Part shown: piece after piece, positions 1 through 10,666 of the stretch | How positions within the stretch are numbered: the first letter of the stretch is position 1 | How the letters are laid out: every line of letters starts with the position of its first letter | DNA from: Crassostrea angulata | Taxonomy: Eukaryota | Direction: 5' to 3' | DNA length: 64,000 nucleotides | Assembly (NCBI RefSeq): GCF_025612915.1 | Contig: NC_069116.1 | Location: 24,707,051-24,771,050, forward strand | Notes under the pieces: model-generated | Seen by the model: the letters and a program-made list of their open reading frames with translations, nothing else | Database searches by the model: none | Told to the model about the DNA's origin: nothing | Program-made: the position numbers and the translations under genes

Positions 1-896
1 TATTTCTGGTGGTAATGTTCATGTTTACTTACATGTTTCTAGAACTTTTTTGAAAAGGAGGGGTGGGGGTCTGGGGCACATTTTTGGTAATTTTATTATG
101 TAAATTTTAACAAATTTGAATTTTTATTGTTTTATTGGTTTGGGGGGGGGGGGGGGGGGGTTCCTGGCCTCTCCGGATCTCCCCCCTTAATTTGCACATG
201 TTTAATATCCCTTGGAATCACAATAGACAGATAATATACTTGTACCACCACAAACAGTACTAAGGAGAACATTTTTATCATGTTTATGGTTCTTTTTGTA
301 AATTTTTATTTGGTACACTTTGAGATACAAATGATACAAACATTTTGTCAACATTACTTAATAGCAGGGAGTATAAACTAAGTAGTTAGTAAATATGTAT
401 GTCCCTGTTATTAAATAGACTTTGAATTGCTACATTATATTTCATGTCAAATGAAAACTATGTCGTATTAAGTCAAATGTTATAAGAAGATCATTTCTTG
501 TAAAATATTTATGTATTTATAGTACTATTTTTTTATTTTTACAGAACAACCTTCAAGATATTTGGTCCCCCAAAGGGTGTAAAGAAAAAATCAAAGAAAC
601 TGGGATAGCATTAGATAAAATTATTTGTGTATTTTGTATTTCATGTTATATATCATTGCATTACAATATGTGTTCAATTTAATATTTGTATATAATAAAT
701 GAAAAAAAAAACTTTCATGTGTTAAATTTGTTTTTTTGTTATTTCTCTGTTTTAGAAAAATAATAAAAAATTAATATTAATATCAAATAATGAGAAGAGT
801 AAAATACTGACCTTTTGTTCAATTGCGTTTAAACTTATGGATCAGGAGTCTTGATGCAGGTTGCAAAGGGAAAAGAACCAAACATTTAGATATTTC

Positions 897-1277
897 TTAA
901 ATATCGTTTTTATGTCTGATCTTGCGTTCCGTAGTTTTACGACAACTCCCCACTTTATGACAGGAGTTGTAGGCGGAAGTAGGTCGGGTTCCAACGTAAA
1001 CAAACCAACGTGTATGGTAACTCGTGTACACATTATCGGTTTTAATTACAAGTGGGAAATTCTGATCCGTTTGCAAATGTTCCAACACACTTTGTCTTTT
1101 CAAGGCCCAACTGATTATATGTAGTGTCGCCTTCTGATAGTAACGAGGAAGGATGATAAAGCCCCGTGTTATAATTCGTTTTCTGTGTTTAGGTATTTTC
1201 TTGTTTTCAACTTTTTCGATAACGATATCTTGGCGATCTTTGATAACATTTGCTGTATTTCTAGGTAAGTAAACCAT
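897..1277 (-). CDS. Orphan 126-aa ORF (basic, KIPKHRKR motif) overlapping a 87-aa ORF on the opposite strand; no recognisable family
   Basis: Uninterrupted ORF from an ATG at 1277; a GTAAGT motif on the plus strand at 1266-1271 abuts it. No similarity I can recognise, and it may be non-coding. Confidence 0.12.
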   Translation of the reverse strand: MVYLPRNTANVIKDRQDIVIEKVENKKIPKHRKRIITRGFIILPRYYQKATLHIISWALKRQSVLEHLQTDQNFPLVIKTDNVYTSYHTRWFVYVGTRPTSAYNSCHKVGSCRKTTERKIRHKNDI

Positions 1278-1724
1278 TTTGCAGTTTTAGGTGAGAAATG
1301 TGAATGGTTTGTTCTATGGATGTGTGTGTGTAAAGAGGGGGGGGGGGCTACATGTCTCAGGTTTCTACAACAAATTACGATGAGACCTTGAATATTTATA
1401 TACAGCATGCTGTATTCAGTTTGGTAAAATAAGAGGGTTTTTTATTCAGCTTGACTTAATATAATATATGGTTGGCATATAACCAAAATATTGACCACAG
1501 TATTTGCATCATAGGGCATAAACTCACAGTTAATATTTAATGTTAAGGTAGGTCTTTATAATTGAGTTATATCATAATTTACAATCCTATATAATATTGA
1601 AGGATTCTTTCAGAAATCTGTCAGAAATTTCTGTATATTAACCGACTCCACAGTTTAATAAAAAATGGTTTGATGTGTCCAAAGATCAATTTCCTACATT
1701 TTCATGCATATAAAAGTGCCCCAC

Positions 1725-2050
1725 TACAGCAGAAAATTACTTCATGACAGATAGCATGATGCAAAAGAAGAGCATAAGTCAAATAAGCGAAACATACGCA
1801 CTTTTGGGTTGAGAAAAAATTATTAATTTCAAATTCAGTAAAAATTTACAATATCTCCAGCGTGATTTGAACTCTAGATCCGTGGCTCGGCTCAATCCTG
1901 ATACTTTACCCACTGATCTATGAGAAAACTCGACAAAATTAATTGATGGAAATACTTCGATTAAACATTTATTTAAATCTTGTGATGTTGTGTCTTCAAA
2001 AAAATGTTTTTTGTAGTGGGGTACCTTTAATTAACACTGCGTATTTAAAA
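1725..2050 (+). mobile_element. SINE-like dispersed repeat, copy 1, with a tRNA-related tail segment
   Basis: About 300 bp collinear with 4341-4740 (shared blocks 'cagcagaaaattactt...agcatgatg...aagtcaaatag(g)cgaaa' and 'gatt(t/c)gaactc...cctgatacttta'). The reverse complement of 1861-1925 resembles a degenerate tRNA (GTTCAAATC T-loop-like). Confidence 0.4.
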
Positions 2051-2161
2051 AAAAAATCATTTTTGTTGATTTGTTTTTTTCGTTTTATCTGCAACAGCTT
2101 AAACGGAACATAGGATCTGCACTTCTTTGTCTTGTTTATTCATAATGTCGTGTTTTTTCTA

Positions 2162-2440
2162 GCATCTTTATATATACTATCCCCGGCAAAGCAACCCAAT
2201 GCCTCGTCAGAAAGTGATCAGAAAACAACGCGACAAATCGTAAACGAGTTATACCCCTTGGTGGATGAGGAGGAGCTACAGAGGAGCGTAGAGAGGGCGG
2301 TGTTTGGGTTCGTGACCTATGACGCAACCAGTGTCACGGCACTGCAGCAGTTCAACCCTGTACAAGAAAACACGGAATGTATATTTGCAAAGAAGGCGAA
2401 ACTCTGGGGAAATCAGGATTGGAACCAAGAATTAAGTTTG
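2162..2440 (+). CDS. Internal coding exon(s) of an upstream multi-exon gene (…VDEEELQRSVERAVFGFVTYDATSVTALQQFNPVQENTECIFAKKAKLWGNQDWNQELSL)
   Basis: Open frame preceded by a polypyrimidine/AG acceptor at 2152-2162 and ending at a G|GTAATT donor near 2440. There is no in-frame ATG, so the start is upstream or in another exon. Confidence 0.3.
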
Positions 2441-2692
2441 GGTAATTTATCTCACTAACAATTTATTCACATCCAACATAAAACCCCATTTTGGGTTCCA
2501 CAGTAGTATTCCTTATGTATCTGACAAAACGTACTGGAATCTTGAAATAAGTTGTAACATTTTGTTTTTTAATTATTTTGCAGAAGAGAATGTTTTCAGG
2601 TAAGGCTTCATAACTTTGCTTTATTATGTATATATACACAACTGGTACACAGTGAATTTTTCATTTAAATTCAGGTGTGTCAAACCATGCAA

Positions 2693-3265
2693 AAAGGACT
2701 ATGTGCGGTTTTATGCATTTTTTGCCCCCAAAAACGAAGTTTTAGAAAGAGCTTTAAAAATTAGGTGAAAGATATTTAAAAGCATATTGGAAATAAAGGT
2801 GCAAAAGGTTATCACCACAGTGACGTCATAATGTAGAAATGACGTCATGCAGATTGCAGTTTTTTGATAAATTGATGTTTTGTAGCAAAATATGGGTGTT
2901 TTCCGATGGTTTTTCGACTCGGAAACATCGAGCGCAGGCTTGCTCAAGTACAATTTTTTAGTATAATGTGTATATCTATCTGACGAAAAATATATGTTAA
3001 AATCGCACTTGAGCAGACCTGCGCTCTATACTTCCGAATGCTAAATATAGAGGAAAAATGAGAATATTTTCATTTGTTTGCAAATTTGCGGGAATTAAGT
3101 CATATAGGTGACGTCATAGATAAACAGCAAATGAGCAATGATGACTAAAATCAAGATTAAAGCTATAGGCATCCTCTATACAATGATTTGTGAAGATTTT
3201 ATTTTTATACGACACTATTTAAAAATTGGTTAAAATCGGGGGCAGATATTTGACCAAACCGCACA
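2693..3265 (+). repeat. 570-bp dispersed repeat, copy 1, with three TGACGTCA (CRE-like) palindromes and an internal 18-bp inverted repeat
   Basis: About 93% identical to 60871-61439 in the same orientation. It lies inside an intron of the 2100-3995 gene. Confidence 0.65.
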
Positions 3266-3315
3266 TATATTCAAAGTCGACGTTTTTTTTTAGATGGCTA
3301 CCAACTCTGCTTCAG

Positions 3316-3396
3316 TTTACAATTGTTTGTCGCCAGTATAAACTTGATGGATTCGTTATCGAAATACCCGAGGAATATCACCATAACGACATACAC
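3316..3396 (+). CDS. Internal exon (…YKLDGFVIEIPEEYHHNDIH) of the same gene
   Basis: Open frame ending at a CAC|GTAAGC donor at 3397. The acceptor is ambiguous (cttcag|TTT at 3315 or cgccag|TAT at 3336). The upstream part of the listed ORF 3226-3474 is repeat-derived. Confidence 0.3.
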
Positions 3397-3683
3397 GTAA
3401 GCCAAGTCTTTGAGATATACATGTTATTTCAAGAAAAATATCATTTGAAAATAAATTGCTCCGAATCCAAATGAGATTTACCGAGAATATTATGGAGCTC
3501 TATGTAACGCATCCAAGATTCTAACGGTTTTTTTTAAGTACTTGTATAATACATCAAATATATTTGTTGTAGGAATTTGCAAAGACATTCAAGAAAATTC
3601 TAAAAGTGATTTCGGATAATGATCCGAAAAATATTAAATGCATGGATAAATCGTATGTCTCGAAACGAGGCTGGGTTTTTCAG

Positions 3684-3995
3684 TTCAACAAGATGACGTT
3701 TTTCATCACCACGTTTGCACCTTTTTATCCAGCGACCAACAGCAGGTATGCCTTCGGGTGTGACAACTGTTTCATTTTGCTTCAACCAGAATTGAGTTTC
3801 GCTCTTCACGATTTGTCTTGGGACACACCCGAGACAAATTACGACAACCCTACCTCAGAACGGGACAGAATCCGCTGTGCCTATAGGGATGCAGGGAGAC
3901 CCTATGTAGTACCACGTGATATCACTCAGCCAATGGCGTGGGACATGATAAAACCACTCACAGAACACGATCCGATAGTTCAGTGGTGGAAGTGA
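3684..3995 (+). CDS. Terminal exon of a conserved uncharacterised protein (FNKMTFFITTFAPFYPATNSRYAFGCDNCFILLQPELSF…RDRIRCAYRDAGRPYVVPRDITQPMAWDMIKP…VQWWK*); possibly YqcI/YcgG-family-like, assigned from memory only
   Basis: Acceptor tttttcag|TTC at 3683 in phase with the previous exon; long open frame to a TGA at 3993-3995. Confidence 0.45.
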   Translation, partial: FNKMTFFITTFAPFYPATNSRYAFGCDNCFILLQPELSFALHDLSWDTPETNYDNPTSERDRIRCAYRDAGRPYVVPRDITQPMAWDMIKPLTEHDPIVQWWK

Positions 3996-4340
3996 TAACC
4001 CCGTTGTTGATTTTGAATTTAAGTTTGTTTTTATCTGTCAGCACATCTGAAAATCTTGTATAATTGTCACTGACAAAACTTTTTGTTCTGATACAACCTG
4101 TATGATTTAATTAATATTATATGGTTATATATGATTGTGGTTCATTTTTTAATCTTTTGGACTATTTTTGGACCGAAGTAACAGACCCTACGTCAACACA
4201 AAATCGTTCAACTAAACATTCCTTCTCATGCATGATTTTTTTGATATGAGTGAAATACTCTCCAAGTGATGCAAAACAGCAAGAGGAAATATCATTGAAA
4301 TTAAGGTACTTCAGTACACCTTCAAATAGTTTCTCAAATC

Positions 4341-4740
4341 AGCAGAAAATTACTTGATTATGATAGTGAGCATGATGGATAAGAAGTATATATGTCAAAT
4401 AGGCGAAAAAATGTGCAATTTTGGATACTGATATTTTTGGAAATTTCATTCAGTTGTCATGTTGTGAATTTTGAATTTACCGGCTGCCACCCGGTAAATT
4501 CAAAATTCACAACATGACACAGTAAACATGAACAAAAGCCACAGGCGGATTCGAACTCATGATCTGCGGTTCACAAGCCTGATACTTTAACCACAGCGCT
4601 ATGACGATATACTCGTACATCTGAATTGCTTGATACAAACAGTTTAACAAAACATTTAAATCGCCATCTTGTGACGTAGTGTCTTAAAAAGTATAAGTCT
4701 AGGTGTAGTGAAGCACCTTAAAAACAAAACCAGTCTCTGT
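4341..4740 (+). mobile_element. SINE-like dispersed repeat, copy 2, with a perfect 29-bp-arm hairpin (4455-4519) and a tRNA-related segment (4530-4610)
   Basis: Collinear with 1725-2050. The hairpin is tgtcatgttgtgaattttgaatttaccgg/ccggtaaattcaaaattcacaacatgaca. A third partial copy of the hairpin half lies at 44025-44058. Confidence 0.45.
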
Positions 4741-5097
4741 ATTTCTCTCCTCATCTGGGTTCTAGCATAAACAACAGCTTAAATTAAAATGTAGTATTAT
4801 TCACTGCGTGTTTAAAGGATTAGTTTTCATTTAATTATATTCTAGCATTTATAATTATATGGACTTGAACATATAATGTTATGCAAAAAATCGGTTTCTA
4901 CGCCATGTATGAATTACCAGTTGTAAACTGATGTTTAAAAGGTTATATTGATATTTATCTCCGCTTAAATCAGCATCGTTAGAAAGTGATTATGATCAAG
5001 CGCCGACGTGTTGTGAGAGTACAGGCTTCCCTTCCAGTATTGATTATTTCATTGTGCCATGACGGAGTGATGATATTCGGCTACATGATTTATCACC

Positions 5098-5307
5098 ATG
5101 TTCAGTGCTCGGGCCTTGCTGGTTTCTGTGTGTCTCTGGAATCTCTTTCACCACACGCTGAGTGCGTGGGAGGGGGAGGAAGGAGATTTCAGCTTTGACG
5201 GCCTCCCCGGGGCTCAGCACGAGTTCAAGGTGGAGGTTTCCGGGAATCAAGAAGAATGCTTTGTTCAGAAGGTAGCGGAAAACGCTGAGCTGCATGCCTC
5301 GTTTGAG
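5098..5307 (+). CDS. p24/TMED (emp24/GOLD domain) cargo receptor, exon 1: signal peptide plus start of the GOLD domain
   Basis: ATG at 5098, hydrophobic signal peptide (MFSARALLVSVCLWNLF), ...EECFVQKV..., donor GAG|GTAAGA at 5308. Confidence 0.7.
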
Positions 5308-6419
5308 GTAAGATATCGTTACAAGAATATGCACAAACGCAATTGTGAAATGGAGCTTTTACGGCTAAATTATACGCTGTACACATGATTTTGTTCAAAA
5401 CTATTTTCCTTAGTACATGAAATGTTGCCGATATATCGATTTTTAATACACGTACTGGTGAATGTAACACTCTATCGAGATATTCTATATTGTCTATACA
5501 AATCTTTATTATTCTCAGTGATTTTATTTCCAACGTTTGTTTTATGGTTTTTGCACTGAGAAAAGTGATATGCTACTACTTATGTCACTATAGCTTTAGA
5601 AGATGCAACAATGAAGGTAATATATAATAATTGTTCACACGTGTATTTAAAAAAATTACAAGGTGATGAGATTGCAAAGATAATTTAATGATTGTATCTA
5701 TTTACTATAGAAAATTTACATAACTCTTTTGATTGCTTTCGTGGCGTATCAGTAAGTGAAGTGTAAATTAGGATAAGAAATTGTTAAAAATCTGGAAAGG
5801 TTAGGATTGATTATAATTGGATAAGAAACAGAGATCAAACATAAAAATGTATCGAAGGAGATGAGCTGACCATTGGCCGTTAAATTCGTTGTTTAAAGGG
5901 ATCGGGGGTTATACTGCACTTTAATTATACTTTTTATAAAAAATTAACTTGATAAATAATTATAGTGACTCACGGTAGTGAATTTCCAAGAACTAGGCGG
6001 TAGAAAGACCTCGAGGGTGAGCAATATGGCGCAAGTACCTTTCTCTGACTGTCATTACTGAAAACAATTATATTACATGTAAATCTATACAACGTATGCC
6101 GCTGGTCCGCATGATTACATTTTCATAAATTATTGGGGAAAAACACAAATTCGGAAAATTTAACGCATGGATAATTAATACATCGATTTGTCATTTTTAT
6201 TTAGCTACGACTCTGCAGCTACCGATAAATACTGGTTATCAGAATCATTTTCGCCACAGTAACAAAGTCGAAGGGGGTTAGGGATATTTTTTCGGCCATA
6301 TATCGGGAACATTTCACCGTACTTCTCCAGCTTGTACAAATCACGACCCCGAAAGTAGTTCTTTTTTTCAAATGTAACATCGTTTTTTTTAGTACAAAAA
6401 CTTCTGGTGTGTTTTGTAG

Positions 6420-6537
6420 GTTTTGCGAGGCGGAAGTCGAATGGTGGACTTCTCCATCAAGGATGCGTATAACAACGTTATCCAAGAAATAATATATAAG
6501 TCTGAGGCTAACATTAAATATAAAGCCCCTGTTACAG
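6420..6537 (+). CDS. p24/TMED exon 2 (VLRGGSRMVDFSIKDAYNNVIQEIIYKSEANIKYKAPVTG)
   Basis: Acceptor tgttttgtag|G at 6419, donor ACAG|GTAATT at 6538. Matches the TMED gamma-type GOLD core (…vldGaGlDiDF…). Confidence 0.7.
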
Positions 6538-6873
6538 GTAATTAAGGTTATCACATATTTATTGGGTGAGTAGATACACGTAGTTACCAGATACCCTGCA
6601 GACAGCTTCAAACAGTAAAATAATGCTACTTGTATGTACACAGTGGGTTAAACAGATTCTACTGTAAAACTAGGTTATATCGAAGTCACGATAAAATTAG
6701 TTTAATGTAATTTAAAATGCCAATAATGATAATAATAATGCTAATAATAATATATAATTGTTAGACATACCACGTGTGTGTATGTTTTTCCAGTGAACAT
6801 TATGCTTACAAGAAAATTGTTGACCTGTGTGTTTATTCTTGAATTTATAATTTAACATTGCATGTATTTTCAG

Positions 6874-7019
6874 GGTACTATCAAATATGCGTCAATAACA
6901 TTCACAGTCGTTTTGTATCAAAGCTTGTACATTTTTACATCGTGACAATGGTTGAAGCAGAGTGGACAAAGTATGTGGAAGAGATTGAGGAATTAAAAAC
7001 GGCAGTAGAAAATTTTACG
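6874..7019 (+). CDS. p24/TMED exon 3 (YYQICVNNIHSRFVSKLVHFYIVTMVEAEWTKYVEEIEELKTAVENFT): end of GOLD domain plus coiled coil
   Basis: Acceptor ttttcag|GG at 6873 (phase 1, consistent with exon 2), donor ACG|GTAAAA at 7020. Matches the conserved GDYxFCFDN…W motif region of p24 proteins. Confidence 0.7.
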
Positions 7020-7144
7020 GTAAAATGTTCTTTTTAATAACATATTTTAACATTTTTTGATGCACCGGAGTTTTATGATTTTCTGTTTACCGGTATTTTT
7101 ATAATTTTATATTTTGGTTGAAAAGCAACGATTATCTTTAAAAG

Positions 7145-7215
7145 TTGCACAGAGAGAGAAAGAGAGAGACAGAGACAGAGACAAAGACAGAGACAGAGAG
7201 ACAGAGATTGCGCTT
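7145..7215. repeat. Compound microsatellite (AGAGAC/AGAGA)n
   Basis: Direct reading; it sits in the TMED intron between exons 3 and 4. Confidence 0.8.
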
Positions 7216-7252
7216 ATGACTTAAAGATTAAATCGAAATTTTTCAATTACAG

Positions 7253-7486
7253 GTTGTTATTACGGAAGTTCAAAACTCAATTAAACAAGTACGCTTGCAC
7301 CAATCATCAACTAGACTAAACGTCATGAAGGATTGGTACTTATTGACTGGAAATAACTCTTACGTCATGTATTGGTCACTATTCCAAATTGCATGTGTCC
7401 TTATGACGTCATCCTTTCAAGTGTACTTCGTCAGAAAACTATTTAATATTCCAAATGTGACCCCTACTGCGAAACCGCGAGCTTGA
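7253..7486 (+). CDS. p24/TMED exon 4: coiled coil, transmembrane helix, short cytoplasmic tail, stop
   Basis: Acceptor caattacag|GTT at 7252. Transmembrane helix YVMYWSLFQIACVLMTSSFQVYFV, then RKLF, TGA at 7484-7486. Overall similarity to TMED1/5/7-type p24 proteins. Confidence 0.7.
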   Translation, partial: VVITEVQNSIKQVRLHQSSTRLNVMKDWYLLTGNNSYVMYWSLFQIACVLMTSSFQVYFVRKLFNIPNVTPTAKPRA

Positions 7487-7562
7487 ATAAATCAGTTTAT
7501 TTATAAAATGAAATGCGTAATCTATTATTTTGTTGCATACTAAGTATTCAAGGAATCATTCT

Positions 7563-7680
7563 TTGAGTATTATGAGGGGATAATTTCGGTTGGGGATGGT
7601 CAAATCCAATAAAGCCCGAAGGGCTTTACGATAGATTGACCACGCTCCGACCGAAATTATCACCATAATATTCAAAGAAT
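7563..7680. mobile_element. MITE-like element with roughly 26-bp terminal inverted repeats (family A, copy 1)
   Basis: The left end (tattatgaggggataatttcggttgggg) and right end (cgaccgaaattatcaccataatattcaaag) are largely reverse-complementary, forming terminal inverted repeats. A second family copy lies at 49915-50030. Confidence 0.5.
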
Positions 7681-7980
7681 GATTTCTTATTACTTATATT
7701 TATATTAGTTCCAATTTGTACACTTTAAAACAACATTACTTTAAAACCACTATTTTTTCAAGAAGCACATTCTATGTAGAACTACGCGGCGCAGCCAATA
7801 CTGTTTTTCGGTTATGCTATAAGACACGCCCATTTTGTGTCACTCATCTTTTTTAAAGTTATTGGGCCATAGTGGTCAAAATTGATTCGTAATATTATCA
7901 CACACAAAGACAGTTGAAAATTTAAATATTTCGAAATAGGTGACGGGATATCTACCGATGACATTTATATGTTCCAGTAT

Positions 7981-8415
7981 GTACGATCAGACCCAACTTA
8001 ACACCAGAGTAAACCCCAACTCAACCCCGGGTTTACTTTCGGGGTTTACTTTGGGTCTACTCTGGGTTTACTTTTTAAAAAAAAAATGGGTGTCCACTCG
8101 GGGTTTACTTTGGGTTTACTCTGGGTTTACTTTGGATTTACTTGGAAATTGCTTTTGAGGTCAACTATAAGCACTGAAGTGTGAAGCAGGCCCGTCTTTT
8201 ATCTTAGCATCCTACTGCCTGTTATTCCTGCCCCTTGTATATTCCGAATACACAGTTAGCGTCTGTTTTCAGGGGTATACTTCTGACTGGGTCTACTCTC
8301 TGTGTCCACTCTGGGTTTACTTTGGGTCCACTCTAGTAAACCCGGAGTAAACCCAGAAAGTAAATCCAGGGTTTAGTTGGGGTTTACTTTCTGTTCGGTT
8401 GGGTCTGATCGGTAC
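7981..8415. mobile_element. Non-autonomous TIR element (17-bp TIR gtacgatcagacccaac) with internal GGGTTTACTTT-type tandem repeats
   Basis: Termini gtacgatcagacccaac … gttgggtctgatcggtac. The internal sequence is short tandem repeats in both orientations and has no coding capacity. Confidence 0.5.
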
Positions 8416-8472
8416 TGTACCATTTCTGCATCAGAAATAATCCACACATATAAACCACACATTTACACTAAT

Positions 8473-8822
8473 CAGAACTTCAGAGCAATCGCAACTTCTC
8501 GGGCCTTTCCGGCAGGCTCGGAAAACACCTCGAATGCATTACCTAGGCGTCCATGACAACCCCCCTTTTTATAAAACTTGATATAAATATAACACATTTT
8601 ACGATCTGTTGAGATGTGAGCTATACTTCATTTAAGTAAACGATATACACTTAAATATAACATAGAAGCGACATACTAACAAGACTGTCTAGCCGATACT
8701 TATTTAATTGGGAAGCGACTCCATTTTGTATAAAAATCTAACATCCGGTGATGTTAATACATTCGAGGTGTTTTTCCGAGCTTGCCGGAAAGGTCCGAAG
8801 AAGTTGCGATTGAACTTCAGAG
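8473..8822. mobile_element. Foldback/MITE-like element with roughly 65-bp terminal inverted repeats
   Basis: The left arm (8473-8540) and right arm (8755-8822) are near-perfect reverse complements ('gaacttcagagcaatcgcaacttctcgggcctttccggcaggctcggaaaacacctcgaatg'). Confidence 0.55.
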
Positions 8823-10666
8823 TATTCAAAAATTGTACGGATATTTAATGGCTATGCCCAATTAACGCTTTTATACAGCAAACACACTGTTAGAAGTAAT
8901 TAATATATACACAAGAAAGGCAAAAAATATGGCATGTCAAATTTTGCAATATTCGATCTTTTCCATCTGTATTGTGTGATTTTCATTTGTATTGTATAAA
9001 TTTCTATTTGTATTGAATGATTTTCCATTTGTATTCCATAAGTTTCCATTTGTATTCCATAATTTTCCATTTGTGTTATATAATTTTCTATTTATATTGT
9101 ATAATATTGCTACACCAATAATCTTTTCGTCATTAAAATCGTGATACCAGTATTGCCCCGATACATCATAAAACCCTTAAATGTTGTGTGTGATATCTAG
9201 GAACTATATGAAAAGAGATCTACAAAAGATTTAAGTATTGAAAAAATTTCACTAAAATTCCTGTATAGAGAAAGAAAGGACAACATTCCAAATATGATGT
9301 GATTTATCACATGCATTTCATTGTAGTTTTTTTTTATTCATTTGTAAAATTAATATCACACCGCTTTTAATGGTAGTTTTTTTTTATAACTATAGAACAT
9401 AATGTGTTTTTGATTGAATGTTTGTGTTTGCAATAAGCTATGAATTTTTTATTTAATTTTTTTTTTTTTGGGGGGGGGGGGGGTATTTGATGTATAAATT
9501 TCCCTCTTTATAATAATAAGACACAGAAACTAATTTGATAAATAAAGATGTCTTAAATAACTACACATTGTTACATTTCAGCTTATAAAGTTTTACTCTC
9601 CCCAAAAAAATGTTACGAGAAAAATTTTCATTAAATATACATGAAGATATCAAATCTAGGTATTAATAAAACAATAATTTCATGCACATTATGACTACAC
9701 AGTAATTCACAGCTGATTACATTTCAAAACCTCGCCAGGTTCATATGTCACAGTATTCCTTGTTATCGCCATTTTATAACCATGGCTCTATTATATTACA
9801 CTATTCTATTACACTCCTTTCTTTTCATTTTTATTGCTTATTTGTTCTCCCCCTCCCCGTCCCACCCCATCCCCCCAAACTTTCCATTTTTTTCTACTCT
9901 GTTATTAATTTTTGTTTTGTTTTTATTACATGTTTTTTCTTTTCTTTCCCATTTTTTCCCTACATTACATATACTTTTTTATTTCCAACCTTAGCAATTA
10001 ACCATTATTTTTCTATTTTTTTTTATTTTCATTTTCCTATCATGAGCTATTTGTTTTGTTTATTTTTTTGCACTGTACCTCCTTCCACTACTATTTACAA
10101 TATTAATCTATTATACAAAATTCCATGGCAATATATATGTATATATATATATTATATATAATTATATAATTACTCATATTATACCTTGACTACAGGAGAG
10201 AACATAAATAGGCATTGTGCCTGCTGTTCAATCCAATTCAATGTATTTATATACTTGAATAAAATACTTATTAAATAAATATGAAGTAAGGTTAATATTA
10301 TTATAGAGCGTTTACAGCAGATATCACAACCCGATCAGAAGAACAGTATACAGGGTTTGTTTTTTGTTTTTGTTTTTGTTTTTTTTTGGGGGGGGGGGTT
10401 GTTGTTTACTTGGGTCGAGGGCAACAGTTGCTCTGTCGGACCGGCTCACAAACTGTTGCCTAAGGCCAAACCTCGAACCCAGTAAACAACTGGTTTGTTA
10501 TATACTCCTACTAATTTAATCACTCGTTTTCGCGGAATATGACAGTCGATTTTAACAGTTCCAGTCCAACAGTCAAAATGCTGGACTTTTTTGGTATAGA
10601 GTTATATGGTAACTGTTTTACAGGGGTATAACAATCGGTCTTGCTAAATGCTCTCACAGACTGAAG

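Noticed and set aside
3226-3335. N-terminal part of ORF 3226-3474 (MVKIGGRYLTKPHIYSKS…)
   Set aside because: This stretch is part of the 570-bp dispersed repeat, whose copy 2 diverges exactly where the real exon begins. Only the 3' portion (YKLDGFVIEIPEEYHHNDIH) is exonic.
9745-10161. 138-aa and 70-aa ORFs in a T/C-rich low-complexity tract
   Set aside because: The sequence is polypyrimidine simple sequence (ttttc/cccc runs). The ORFs are poly-Phe/Leu/Pro artefacts without splice or start context.
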